IMG/VR virus record: IMGVR_UViG_3300025133_000069
Span: 1 to 64,000 of that record
DNA from: a virus
DNA length: 64,000 bases
Direction: 5' to 3' (one strand)
Both the position numbers and the translations under genes were made by a program. Shown here piece after piece: positions 28,136 through 38,043 of this stretch. Under the pieces are notes generated by a model. It had not been told where the DNA came from, did not search any database, and worked only from the letters and a program-made list of their open reading frames with translations. Within the stretch, counting starts at the first letter, position 1. Each line of letters begins with the position of its first letter.

Positions 28136-30406
28136 ATGAAAAATTTAATTAAAGAAAACTTACTGGCTGTTAGTAACAAAACTTACCTTAAAGAAAATTT
28201 ATTGGCTGTTAATAAAGAAACTGCCGATCTTCTTCTTGAAGTACAACTTGACGCAGAACAACAGGAATGGCGTAAAAAAATAAATGCTATGGCTCCACCA
28301 GATGTGGTGAAAGGAGGCAATGGCTCGCTTACGGAACCGCAATGGAAACAAGCAAGAAGGATGGTCTATAAAAAGGACTGGGAAGGAATAAAAAAGATAA
28401 TTGAGAGGGGAACGTTCCAGAAAAATGTACCTGGTGCGGCTGCAACATACAAAGGCGGCGCGGTTAAGCAGTGTCCAAAAGGAGAATTTAGGTCAGGAGG
28501 TGAATGTGTTAAACTTCCTCCAATTAAAAGTTTCGCGGACGCGGACGCGGTGGATGCTTACGTGAAAAGAGTAGGGCGCCGGCCGTCCTTTATATTCTTA
28601 AAATCATTAAAAAAAGTTTATAGATGGGATGAGGAAGCAAAGAAATGGACTGAGGCTCCTCAGCTCACAGCTGCTGTTGCAGCGGACCCAGCTGTTGTTT
28701 CAGCTCCTGCTGCTGCACCGACAGCAGCAGCAGATATCCAAAAGAACTTTATTAAAAAATGCGGACCAGGGAGCAAAGAACATGGCACTCCGGTGTGTAA
28801 CCAACTTAATAAATTGACAGCGCTGTGGTCCGTGCATGCCTTCGACTTCACCCATGTGAAGGACGGGGCCATATATAGAAAAGGCTTAGCAGACTTTGAT
28901 CAAACTTTAGGAACTCATGGCCATATAAAAGCTGCACAACTTCTTGCAAGCCTGTTTAAGGAAGGAGAAGCTAAAAACAAAGCAAATGCAATTTTAGAAG
29001 AAATTGGAACAATTCCAATTGCTGCTGCTCCGACAGCTGAGCCTGCCGATAAAGGCGAATTAATAGGAGTTCCTCTTCTAGGTTATCAGTTTAAATCAGA
29101 TGAACCTTGGAAAGTAGAGAAATTGGAAATTTGGAATAGGCCGGATACAAAGAATAGAGAAGGCAAGATTGTTAAAAAAGGAATTAATTTGCTTAAATAT
29201 GGGGGCGCCGAATTTTCTTTAGATTCTCATTTGAAAGAAACAATGGGCTTTGCTTCTTGGGCAGCTTATAAAGGACTTAATAAAGAAGATCTTAAAAATA
29301 GAAATATCAAACCTTTCCATCTTGTCTTTATCTTTTTGGAGTATAGAAAGAATAAGAGAGCGGAAGCCGGAGAATTTATTTCTATAAATCTTAATGAGCC
29401 TAATATCGTTGAGAGAGACAAGATCGTAGCGAACCGAATTCATCAAACTAGATTAAAATTTAAAGATTTAGTGAACACAGAAATTCTTGATGGCTATACC
29501 AATCATAAAACAATAAAAGATATAGTAAGAATGCACTTTGAGGGAGCAGATACAGTTCAATTTACTATCGGTGGTGGTGGCACAATACAAATTCCCAAAT
29601 CGGCGAAGGCGGCCTTTGATCCAGAGGGCGGAAAAGGTAGTTATTTTACTCGTGCTGAGTTGACACTAGCTAAAAGAATCGGTATCAGTGCTATTCCGGT
29701 GAAGGGGGAAGTTACGCCTGGGACGCCGGTCGGTAAAGGGCCCGAAGCGCCGGTGCTCGGGCCGCCTGCGCAGGATACCCCGCCAGGCGAGCAGCCCGGG
29801 CCCGACGAGGAACCCAAGGCCGACGAGGAACCCAAGGCCGACGAGGAACCCAAGGCCGACGAGGAGCCCTCAGAAGGGAAACCAATATTAGAGGATACTC
29901 CTTATATGAAGGCAAGAGAAATAGTTAAGAGCAATACTAGAGAGACGGCAAAGAAGTCTAAGTTAAGAAAAATTGTTAACAGCCTGGCACCTCGATTTCT
30001 TGGAGGAGATACCGATAAAAAAGTTAAAGGAGGCAGAGGCTGGTTTACAGAAAAGGACTGGAGATTGGCGAGGCGAGCGCTTAAGCGCAACAAATTCAAG
30101 GAAGTAGCTCAGCTTATTCTTGACAGGGCTCAAACTGGTTCCGAGAATTCAGGTCCTTCGATGGACAATCTCTATGACCAAGCCAAAGATGAAGCAAAAA
30201 GATTATTAAGAGATAAACCGGTTCCGGCGAGCTGGTACTCTGACGATGACGAGGACGAGGAGGCAGAGTGGGGAGTTGTGCCTGACCCACGGATGGTGGG
30301 GAGAATGTTGCTCGCAATAAAAGATAAAGATGATATTTATAGAATGCCCGAGCCAGGATGGAAGTGGCTGAATTCGGAGAAAAAGGAGAAAGTAGTAAAG
30401 AGATAA
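28136..30406 (+). CDS. Large protein with variant doubled leader, Ala/Pro linkers and an internal repeat
   Basis: IKENLLAV repeated twice; LTEPQWKQARR and FTEKDWRLARR modules; EEPKAD repeats. Confidence 0.75.
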   Translation: MKNLIKENLLAVSNKTYLKENLLAVNKETADLLLEVQLDAEQQEWRKKINAMAPPDVVKGGNGSLTEPQWKQARRMVYKKDWEGIKKIIERGTFQKNVPGAAATYKGGAVKQCPKGEFRSGGECVKLPPIKSFADADAVDAYVKRVGRRPSFIFLKSLKKVYRWDEEAKKWTEAPQLTAAVAADPAVVSAPAAAPTAAADIQKNFIKKCGPGSKEHGTPVCNQLNKLTALWSVHAFDFTHVKDGAIYRKGLADFDQTLGTHGHIKAAQLLASLFKEGEAKNKANAILEEIGTIPIAAAPTAEPADKGELIGVPLLGYQFKSDEPWKVEKLEIWNRPDTKNREGKIVKKGINLLKYGGAEFSLDSHLKETMGFASWAAYKGLNKEDLKNRNIKPFHLVFIFLEYRKNKRAEAGEFISINLNEPNIVERDKIVANRIHQTRLKFKDLVNTEILDGYTNHKTIKDIVRMHFEGADTVQFTIGGGGTIQIPKSAKAAFDPEGGKGSYFTRAELTLAKRIGISAIPVKGEVTPGTPVGKGPEAPVLGPPAQDTPPGEQPGPDEEPKADEEPKADEEPKADEEPSEGKPILEDTPYMKAREIVKSNTRETAKKSKLRKIVNSLAPRFLGGDTDKKVKGGRGWFTEKDWRLARRALKRNKFKEVAQLILDRAQTGSENSGPSMDNLYDQAKDEAKRLLRDKPVPASWYSDDDEDEEAEWGVVPDPRMVGRMLLAIKDKDDIYRMPEPGWKWLNSEKKEKVVKR
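29802..29865 (+). repeat. 18-bp tandem repeat (~3.5 copies) encoding DEEPKA
   Basis: ccgacgaggaacccaagg x3 plus a partial copy. Confidence 0.95.
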
Positions 30407-30409
30407 ATT

Positions 30410-31264
30410 ATGAGTTGGAGAATAAACAGATATAATAAAAAATCTTCAAAACGTTTTGGTTGGCATCCAAATTGGTTTGGTGCTTTCTTGGAAGATTTTA
30501 ATGATCACTTAACTAAAGCAATCATATCTTTTCAAGAAAGACATGAAATCAAAGTTGATGGATTGGTTGGCCCTCAAACGTTTAGAAGAATATTAACATC
30601 TCGACCAGAAGAAGTCAAGCAAAAAAATCATATTTTAATTAATGGTTTGAACGTTGCAATCGATTGGGATGTTAAAATCGATCTAATGAAGCCTAGTTGT
30701 TACAGACATCATAACTATGTTAGAAAACCAAATATGATTGTAACTCATTGGGATGCAACAACTTCTGCTGCAAAATGCAGGAGAGTTTTAGAGGCAAGAA
30801 ATATTTCATCACACTTTTGTATTGATAACGATGGCATCATTTATCAATATGTTGATACAAATAATACTGCCTGGCATGCACGAGGTGTGAACAAATATGC
30901 AATAGGTATTGATTTTAGTAATGCCTATTACTTAAAATATCAAGATAGGTATACTTCACACATGGGTTTGAACACGAGACCTGTCTGCAATAGCAGCACC
31001 GTCCATGGCGTAAAACTGAAACCGCATTTAGGATATTACCCTGTGCAGATCGAAGCTTACAAAAAACTAGTAAAAGTTTTATGCAACCATTACGACATTC
31101 CTTTGCAGGTTCCTGTCGATGAAGATAATAAGTTACTTACAAAAGTTCACAAAGAATCATCGAAAGGTAAATTCAAAGGTATCGTTTGTCATTATCACCT
31201 TACAAGAAATAAGATTGATTGTGCAGGATTGGAATTAAAACGAATTATCGATTCGCTTTGCTGA
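30410..31264 (+). CDS. N-acetylmuramoyl-L-alanine amidase endolysin with N-terminal peptidoglycan-binding domain
   Basis: FQERHEIKVDGLVGPQT (PG-binding); IVTHWD, SSHFCID, AWHARGVN, HYHLTRNKIDC (Amidase_2). Confidence 0.88.
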   Translation: MSWRINRYNKKSSKRFGWHPNWFGAFLEDFNDHLTKAIISFQERHEIKVDGLVGPQTFRRILTSRPEEVKQKNHILINGLNVAIDWDVKIDLMKPSCYRHHNYVRKPNMIVTHWDATTSAAKCRRVLEARNISSHFCIDNDGIIYQYVDTNNTAWHARGVNKYAIGIDFSNAYYLKYQDRYTSHMGLNTRPVCNSSTVHGVKLKPHLGYYPVQIEAYKKLVKVLCNHYDIPLQVPVDEDNKLLTKVHKESSKGKFKGIVCHYHLTRNKIDCAGLELKRIIDSLC

Positions 31265-31448
31265 TTACTTCTATCTTTTTTGGTTGAAGAATATTATGTA
31301 CAGCGAACCTTTGAGCTATTTTTTTATTAAGCCAGAATACCTCAATGTCTTTTGTCGCCCACTTCCTTTTAACCAATCCAATAGGTTTCTCTAATAATTT
31401 GGACATCCCTTTTAAAGTAACGAGATCTCCCACTTGTATTTCTGTCAT
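31245..31448 (-). CDS. Small SH3/KOW-like hypothetical protein
   Basis: IQVGDLVTLK...IGLV pattern common in phage small ORFs. Confidence 0.55.
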   Translation of the reverse strand: MTEIQVGDLVTLKGMSKLLEKPIGLVKRKWATKDIEVFWLNKKIAQRFAVHNILQPKKIEVISKANR

Positions 31449-31500
31449 ATTAAGATTATTCCGTACTATTTAAAAATAGCATGCTGGAGCTAATTTAAAT

Positions 31501-31707
31501 ATGTTTTGTAATAAAAAAGTTTTTAGTAAATTTCTATTATTTTCGATAATATTGTTACTGTCTAGTTTTTGTTGCAATGCTATTTTTGTTTCTGCCTCAC
31601 CCCCCAAACATACAACGACTTCTTTAGAAAAAAGAGTAAATGTTGAAGTTCAACAGCGAACTATAATTCAAAACCTAAGACGTATTGAAGATAAGTTGGA
31701 TCGTTAA
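31501..31707 (+). CDS. Small membrane-anchored coiled-coil protein (possible lysis accessory)
   Basis: N-terminal hydrophobic stretch, C-terminal LRRIEDKLDR; next to the amidase; ACTATTTA at 31465. Confidence 0.5.
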   Translation: MFCNKKVFSKFLLFSIILLLSSFCCNAIFVSASPPKHTTTSLEKRVNVEVQQRTIIQNLRRIEDKLDR

Positions 31708-31711
31708 AAAC

Positions 31712-31942
31712 ATGGCAAATAATATTAATTTTCAAAGTGTTAAAGATTGGATTACCTTTAGTATTGCAGTGGTCGCTTGTGTTACTGCTACAATATTTTG
31801 GGTTCAAACTTCTCATGATTCAGAATTGGCTCGAATTGATACCAAGGTGGAAAAAATTCAAGAGCAAATTGATAAAATTCGCGATAATAACAACGAGATC
31901 TTACGCATCATTGGTCGCTTAGAGGGCAAGATTGATGGCTAA
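31712..31942 (+). CDS. Single-TM coiled-coil protein, possible holin-like
   Basis: WITFSIAVVACVTATIFWV followed by heptad repeats; next to the endolysin. Confidence 0.55.
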   Translation: MANNINFQSVKDWITFSIAVVACVTATIFWVQTSHDSELARIDTKVEKIQEQIDKIRDNNNEILRIIGRLEGKIDG

Positions 31943-32044
31943 TCAGTTCCAGGCCAATACGTAAAGAAGCAGAATTATCGGTGCGCCGATGACAACTGCC
32001 AATGTCCAGAAAATTCCCTTTGCAATACCTTTTATAATACTCAT
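31943..32044 (-). CDS. 33-aa TM micropeptide MSIIKGIAKGIFWTLAVVIGAPIILLLYVLAWN
   Basis: GGAGGA RBS and a sigma70-like AT-rich upstream region on the minus strand. Confidence 0.65.
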   Translation of the reverse strand: MSIIKGIAKGIFWTLAVVIGAPIILLLYVLAWN

Positions 32045-32130
32045 ATTGTTATCCTCCATATTTATAATATAAATACATTGATGTATAAGTTAAAATTAAT
32101 AACTATTTAATATGTAAAAAGGAGAAAAAA

Positions 32131-33069
32131 ATGAAAGTTGATGGTATCTTACAGATTAACGATGAATTAAATTCAATTCTTTGGAAAAATGAACAACTTT
32201 CTCCTATAGTTCATGGTAGATTATTAGAAATTGCTGAAAATTTCTTTTCTAAACTTGATTTAGGGGTTGATTTAGAAGATATCACAATTACCGGGTCTAT
32301 GGCAAATTATAATTGGACTAAATATTCGGATATAGATCTTCATATTGTAATCGACTTTTCAGAAATTGATGATAATAGAGAACTTGTAAGAGAATTTTTT
32401 AGCTCTAAAACATCTAATTGGAATAAAAATCATAATATTTCATTTTTTGGACATGAAATTGAAATTTATGTACAAAATCTTAATGAAAAACACTTCTCAA
32501 CTGGAGTGTATTCCCTGTTAAATAACGAATGGAGTATTGTACCAACCAAGGTTGATCCAAAAGTCGATGTAGAGATGGTGAAAAGAAAAGCGAACTCTCT
32601 TATTGACATGATTGAACGCGCAGAAGACATGTACCTTGACAGGGATTATAGCGATGCTTATGATTTCTCATTAAGATTGATAGAGAGAATCAAAAAGTTT
32701 CGACAATCAGGACTAGAGGGTGTAGGGGAGTACTCGAATGAAAACCTGACCTTTAAATACCTAAGGAATCACAAATATACCGACATCCTTTTTGGCATCC
32801 GAAACAACTCTTACGACAGAATGATGTCTTTAGACGGCGATCATGATAGAAAATTCAAAATTTTCATACAAAAAGAAGATGCTCCGGAAGAATCTGGGTT
32901 TCATAGGCTTAATGAGATAGGAAAGTTTCAAAAATCAGTGAGAAGAAGGCACATGCGTCAGAAAAAACGATTATTAAGGCGCGGACCACAAAATCCTGGG
33001 GGCGCCTTTCCGAAAAAGCCTAGTTATAAGAGATCAAAGTCCTCGCCGGCGGGTTTTGGAGGGACTTAA
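32131..33069 (+). CDS. Pol-beta superfamily nucleotidyltransferase
   Basis: ITGSMANYNWTKYSDIDLHI (GS...DxD) and EIEIYVQ; ACTATTTA at 32102 plus AAGGAG RBS. Confidence 0.85.
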   Translation: MKVDGILQINDELNSILWKNEQLSPIVHGRLLEIAENFFSKLDLGVDLEDITITGSMANYNWTKYSDIDLHIVIDFSEIDDNRELVREFFSSKTSNWNKNHNISFFGHEIEIYVQNLNEKHFSTGVYSLLNNEWSIVPTKVDPKVDVEMVKRKANSLIDMIERAEDMYLDRDYSDAYDFSLRLIERIKKFRQSGLEGVGEYSNENLTFKYLRNHKYTDILFGIRNNSYDRMMSLDGDHDRKFKIFIQKEDAPEESGFHRLNEIGKFQKSVRRRHMRQKKRLLRRGPQNPGGAFPKKPSYKRSKSSPAGFGGT

Positions 33070-33128
33070 AATGAAAATTTCCAAAAAATTGGCTAAAAAT
33101 CACTTTTTAAGCAAAATTGGAGCTAAAA

Positions 33129-34289
33129 ATGTTTAAAATTATTGGAAATGAACAAAATTTTCCAGAATTTCATCAATTTTATGAATTGGGCAACAAATTT
33201 GTGCCTTTTGCACAAAAAAAGCTTGGTTTTGATAAGCCAGTTGACATTGATTTGGTCTCAGACCCGGAAAATGCCAAAGATCCCCTTGGAAAGACGGCTT
33301 ATTATGACCCAAGCATGATGAAAATCACTTTATTTGTCGATAAACGGCATGTAAAAGATATTTTGCGGTCTTTATCACATGAACTCGTTCATCATGCTCA
33401 AAATTGCCGAGGAGAGTTCAATAAAGGCCACGATCTCGGTGAAGGGTCATTTTCAACGAATAAAGAGCTTCAAAGGCTAGAACTTGAAGCATATGCTAAA
33501 GGAAATGGTGATATTGTGCGTAGATTTGAAGATTTACAAAAAGAATCAAGAAAGGAGGTTTCAGAAATGAAATTAGAAGAAAATAAAAAAGAAATTATTA
33601 ATGAAAAGTTCGAATGGCCGTTTCGAAGTCGGTGGTGGGATAATCTTATTGGTAAACTCATGAAATGGATGAGAAAAAGATCAGAACAGTTAAAAAAAGC
33701 ATCCGATGAAGAAAAAGAGGCCGAGGTGCAAAGAACTCTAAATGAAATAGAGATAAAATATAGAATAGAACTTAATCTACCGGGGAAGCCAAACACACAG
33801 TCGTACCGGTACGAAAAAACTTTTCAAGAGAAACCAAAGGTTTATAGTGAGCCTATAAAACCTGAACGACGGGGGCGGGAACCAGAAAGTAAATACGAGA
33901 AAGTAGTGCCTGAATCAATAGATCATTTTGTGGAATCGATTCTAAATGAACTAAACTATTTACCTAAGCAAGATATTCTAAAGGAGAATAATGATATGTC
34001 AGTAAAAGAAGAAGGAAAAGGGCCGCATCCTGGTTTAACCTGTGCAGAAGCGCACAAAGGAACTCCTTGTCCAAGTGAAGATGTAGTTGAAGAAGGCGCC
34101 CCCACTTGTCCGGACGGTAAAGAGCCCGAACTAGGCGATGATGGCCATCCGACGGGTAGATGTGTGAAGAGAAGACAAATGGATGCTCCTATGGGCGAAA
34201 ATATTGAAGAAGAAGTCAATGAAAATTGGCGTTTTGCTAACAAAGATCAACTTCTATTTGAAGAATTAGTCAAAAAATGGACTAAATAA
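33129..34289 (+). CDS. HExxH metallopeptidase-domain protein with internal start sites
   Basis: LRSLSHELVHHAQ...LELEAY; in-frame RBS+ATG at 33567 and 33996. Confidence 0.75.
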   Translation: MFKIIGNEQNFPEFHQFYELGNKFVPFAQKKLGFDKPVDIDLVSDPENAKDPLGKTAYYDPSMMKITLFVDKRHVKDILRSLSHELVHHAQNCRGEFNKGHDLGEGSFSTNKELQRLELEAYAKGNGDIVRRFEDLQKESRKEVSEMKLEENKKEIINEKFEWPFRSRWWDNLIGKLMKWMRKRSEQLKKASDEEKEAEVQRTLNEIEIKYRIELNLPGKPNTQSYRYEKTFQEKPKVYSEPIKPERRGREPESKYEKVVPESIDHFVESILNELNYLPKQDILKENNDMSVKEEGKGPHPGLTCAEAHKGTPCPSEDVVEEGAPTCPDGKEPELGDDGHPTGRCVKRRQMDAPMGENIEEEVNENWRFANKDQLLFEELVKKWTK

Positions 34290-34298
34290 GGGGTAGTT

Positions 34299-37157
34299 AT
34301 GGGCGGTTCAGCTGGACATATGGCGCATCCCTTTGATTGCCGCGAGGTAAGAAATGGTCAAGATTTAATCAATTTTTATATAAAAGCGATTAGTAATATA
34401 CCTCTTTATCAAGGAGAGATGTCTCGTGATGATTGGTTAGCTGATTTTGGTGGTGTTAACCCTTCTTCAGTTAAATTTGATGGGGTTAATGCCTCTTTTC
34501 GTCTTGAAAAGACTAACACTCCTGCAGGGTTCATGTTTGTGCACGATCGTGGCGCGGCAAGTGACAAATCTGATGTTGGAAAAATAGATTATAAGGGTAT
34601 CACCTCTGATAATGCTCACGAGCGGTTTCCAAGTAAGCCTTTTGAACCAGAAACGAACGAACAAGGCGAACAAGTTTGTCCAGAAGATGCTGAAATTGTT
34701 AACGTTGATGGAAAAATGATGTGTTCAAAACAACACGGCATGATTCATGTTGTGGAGATAATGTCTAAGATATTAAACCATGATTTAATGAAAGTCAAAC
34801 CCTATATTGAAGCGCTTGGTATATTTGAGAATGGTATCGGGCCCGAAGGTGTTACTTTTAATGCAGAGTTTTATTCAAATGAGGATCCGGAAAAAGATAT
34901 TAAATCAATTAAAAATGTAACTGATTACAACCAAAATTTTATTGCTATTCACAATTTACAAGATTTTCACACTGAAGAGAAGGTTTCAGCAAGAGGGAAA
35001 GTGGCTACTAGCCGTAAAACTAGAGGGTATTATTGGCAAACGCAAGAAGAATTACAGCAATTATTTGATCAGAAAGATCAACTGCAAGCTCAAAGACAAG
35101 ATACAGTTGAAATTGATACACTAATAGGTGAAAAAAACCAAGATCTTTATAGAAGACAAAATGAACACCAAGAAATTATCAATAAGTTCGCCGAAGCTTT
35201 AGCAGATAACGCAAATGCTTTGGATCTTCCGTTTAACGTACATACACAAGTTGGTTTACAATTCAAAGAAGGTTTAACAAGAGAAATCGTTATTAGAAGA
35301 ATTGAAGAAGCTCTAGAAACTAAAGTTCCTTACAATTATGAGAAAATAGATGATAATACAAGTATAGGCCCCACTGCAATTAATGAACAAACTAATGAAG
35401 TAGAGCCTAGAAAATTAGGGGATCTTTTATTGCAGATAAAAGAAAATCCGGCGCATGCGGCATATTTTCCTGATGAGTTTAAAAAAACTAAAAAAGACGG
35501 TACACGAAAACCAGAATTAGCGGCTATTAAGGTAAGTTCAGACTTTAGTAAACGACATGCGAGTCCATCAGGCAAATTATTAAACACCAAACAAAGTGCT
35601 TTTGCAGTAAAACTCTATACGGATATTATAGTTGATGGACCACATACTGGCATCGGAGTCGGAGATGTTGCTGGAGATGCAGATAAGAGTTTTGAAGCAA
35701 TTAACAGTGCGGTAATATTATGGCATGCAGTAAGATTACTTGGCAATGTTTTAAAAGAGTCTGTTTTATCTAAAGTCGACTTTGGATTGCCAATGTCAGA
35801 ACAAGAAGGAATTGTTATACAATCAGAAAAAATGTGTGATGGGATTCCATTTAAGTTTACAGGTGAATTTATTGTTCAAGGCCGAGAATCTCCACATAGA
35901 AAAGATGCACCTCCACAAATAAATGAAGTTAAATTAAAATATGGTGAGTTATTAGAAAGATTTGTAGTTGAGCAAGAAGATGTTCCTGCTGAAGAAAAAC
36001 GAACACAGTACGTAGTTCTCGTTCCAGGTGGTTTTAAACCTCCAACTGGTGGCCATTATTCAATGATTCGACAATATGAAGAGAGACCAGACGTCGCAAA
36101 AGTGATTGTTGTTACTGGGTTTAAACCCAGAACAGGTCAAGGCATGACTATTACTTATCAACAAAGTAAAGCTATTTTTGATTTATATGGTGGTTTTGGA
36201 GATAAAGTAGAATTTAGAGATCAGGGGCCATGGCCGACGCCAATGAGAACTTGTTATGAGCTTATGAATGATGAAAGATTTATATCTGAATTCCACGGTG
36301 CAGTTTTTGCTTTAGGCGCTAGCGACAAAGATGATGACGAAGCAAGAATTGGTGAATTTGCAAATTATTTTCAAAACAATCCAACGAAAACCGGTGTGCA
36401 AGTTGCTAGCGCAGGTCCCGCTAAAGCTCTCGAAGTACGTGGAGAGGCAGCTAGTGCTTCCCGTATGAGAAAAGCCTTTATTGAAGGAGATTGGGAACTT
36501 TTTAAGGAACTATTACCAGATGATAATTTTTATGATGACGTCGTCCAAATTTTGAATGGCCAGGTAACAAATATTGTACTCGGCCAAGGGGAGGAACAAG
36601 TGAATGAAAATTTTTTTTCAGCGGACTCCCTATTTTCTCTGGTTGATGATGTCTTATTAGAATATGCATGTAAGAGCGGTAAAAAGTGGACAGTATGTAG
36701 TCATGAAACCAAAAAGGTAATTCCAACAGCAGGCAAATTTTCTTCTAAGGGAGCCGCAAAAAAAAGAGCTGCGCAAATGCATGCACATTCTAATCAAGAA
36801 AGCTTAAAACAAAAAGAAAAGAACGTTATACTTACCGAAAGGGAAGATGAGGCACTTAACGTTATGTTAAACAAGATGGTCCAAGACGCTTTAAAAAATA
36901 AAACAATAACTAATTTACCTGAATTCATTAAAAGCCTTACAGGAGACGCTGTTGAAGCGGTATTAGCTCAATTTCAAAATATCGCACCAGAAGAAGTAAC
37001 AGGAACAGAAGAACCAACAGTTGTAAGTCAGATAGCAGAAGAAGAACCATTAGAAGAAATATCAGCCATGGGCGCAGGTGGCGCTGGTGGGGGTGCTGTT
37101 GAAGGCGCCGGGGGAGGATGGATTAATGACAAAAAAAGAATTAATGCAGGAATTTAA
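34299..37157 (+). CDS. Fusion: ATP-dependent ligase-like (KxDG) domain plus HxGH cytidylyltransferase-like domain
   Basis: GHMAHPFD, SVKFDGVN, FNAEFY, EQEGIVI, FKFTGEF; then VPGGFKPPTGGH and ASASRMRK. Confidence 0.75.
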   Translation: MGGSAGHMAHPFDCREVRNGQDLINFYIKAISNIPLYQGEMSRDDWLADFGGVNPSSVKFDGVNASFRLEKTNTPAGFMFVHDRGAASDKSDVGKIDYKGITSDNAHERFPSKPFEPETNEQGEQVCPEDAEIVNVDGKMMCSKQHGMIHVVEIMSKILNHDLMKVKPYIEALGIFENGIGPEGVTFNAEFYSNEDPEKDIKSIKNVTDYNQNFIAIHNLQDFHTEEKVSARGKVATSRKTRGYYWQTQEELQQLFDQKDQLQAQRQDTVEIDTLIGEKNQDLYRRQNEHQEIINKFAEALADNANALDLPFNVHTQVGLQFKEGLTREIVIRRIEEALETKVPYNYEKIDDNTSIGPTAINEQTNEVEPRKLGDLLLQIKENPAHAAYFPDEFKKTKKDGTRKPELAAIKVSSDFSKRHASPSGKLLNTKQSAFAVKLYTDIIVDGPHTGIGVGDVAGDADKSFEAINSAVILWHAVRLLGNVLKESVLSKVDFGLPMSEQEGIVIQSEKMCDGIPFKFTGEFIVQGRESPHRKDAPPQINEVKLKYGELLERFVVEQEDVPAEEKRTQYVVLVPGGFKPPTGGHYSMIRQYEERPDVAKVIVVTGFKPRTGQGMTITYQQSKAIFDLYGGFGDKVEFRDQGPWPTPMRTCYELMNDERFISEFHGAVFALGASDKDDDEARIGEFANYFQNNPTKTGVQVASAGPAKALEVRGEAASASRMRKAFIEGDWELFKELLPDDNFYDDVVQILNGQVTNIVLGQGEEQVNENFFSADSLFSLVDDVLLEYACKSGKKWTVCSHETKKVIPTAGKFSSKGAAKKRAAQMHAHSNQESLKQKEKNVILTEREDEALNVMLNKMVQDALKNKTITNLPEFIKSLTGDAVEAVLAQFQNIAPEEVTGTEEPTVVSQIAEEEPLEEISAMGAGGAGGGAVEGAGGGWINDKKRINAGI

Positions 37158-38043
37158 ATTACGAAGATTAATTCGTGGTGCAATTAAAATCCGAGAACGA
37201 AAATTAAAAACGCAAGATCTCAATAAATTAGAAGATGAACAGAAGCTTCGTAAAATAGTACGTTATTTTCTAAAAGAAGCAAAAGATGTTGATGCGTCAA
37301 CAAATCCTGTTGGTTATGGTTCAACAGCTTTAAACGCGGTAGCAACTGCTTTTAACGATATTCTTAAAACTGTCAAAGAGGGATTTCGCTTTTTGGAAGA
37401 GCCAGAAGAAAGAGAATCTTTTAGAATCCATACTTTAGAAAAAATGAAAAGTATTCTTGATCACCTAGAAGCATTAGATTTTCAAGGCGCCGAAGCAGCG
37501 GAAGGGGGAGTTGTAGGTGAAGATAGCATTGCTGAGCAAGAAAGAGATGAAGAAAAAATAGAAATTGATATTGAGAAAGTTGATGATCCGGATGCGAGAA
37601 TAATTCCAGATTTTGAGAAAGAAAGGTATACTCCAGATGAAGAAACAGATGAAGAAACAGAAAAAAAAGAATTTGGAGAGTTTTCTATTTCTGAGTTGGA
37701 CGTAACTGGAGCGAGAAAAGCTTTTGAGATGTTTAATAATTCAAATATACAAGATACCATTACTAAAAATAGAAAAACTATTGAAGATAAGCCGGGCGCA
37801 GCAAAAGAATATAGAGAGTTTGTTTTATATAATATAGATTTGTGGTTATTGACTTATGAAGAAGAATATGCCAAGGAACTTGGGCAAGAACCAGCGTTCA
37901 CAGAGACAATTATGGACAGGCCAGAATCTGCTGTTGAAATAGGTAAAGGTAGACAATACGGCCCTCCAGGAGCTGGAGAGGTAGCAGCTGGCATGGAAGA
38001 ACCTACTGAGGCAGAGGAAGGTTTGCCTCCGTTAGGGATGTAA
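37126..38043 (+). CDS. Acidic helical protein with leader-like N-terminus (scaffold/core-like)
   Basis: GGAGGA RBS at ~37113; KLRRLIR...KLRKIVRYFLKE; very Glu-rich. Confidence 0.7.
   Translation: MTKKELMQEFKLRRLIRGAIKIRERKLKTQDLNKLEDEQKLRKIVRYFLKEAKDVDASTNPVGYGSTALNAVATAFNDILKTVKEGFRFLEEPEERESFRIHTLEKMKSILDHLEALDFQGAEAAEGGVVGEDSIAEQERDEEKIEIDIEKVDDPDARIIPDFEKERYTPDEETDEETEKKEFGEFSISELDVTGARKAFEMFNNSNIQDTITKNRKTIEDKPGAAKEYREFVLYNIDLWLLTYEEEYAKELGQEPAFTETIMDRPESAVEIGKGRQYGPPGAGEVAAGMEEPTEAEEGLPPLGM

Noticed and set aside
29802-29865. Possible CRISPR-like array
   Set aside because: Contiguous 18-bp coding repeats with no spacers. The 56-nt leader repeats at 38877-40030 are separated by whole genes.
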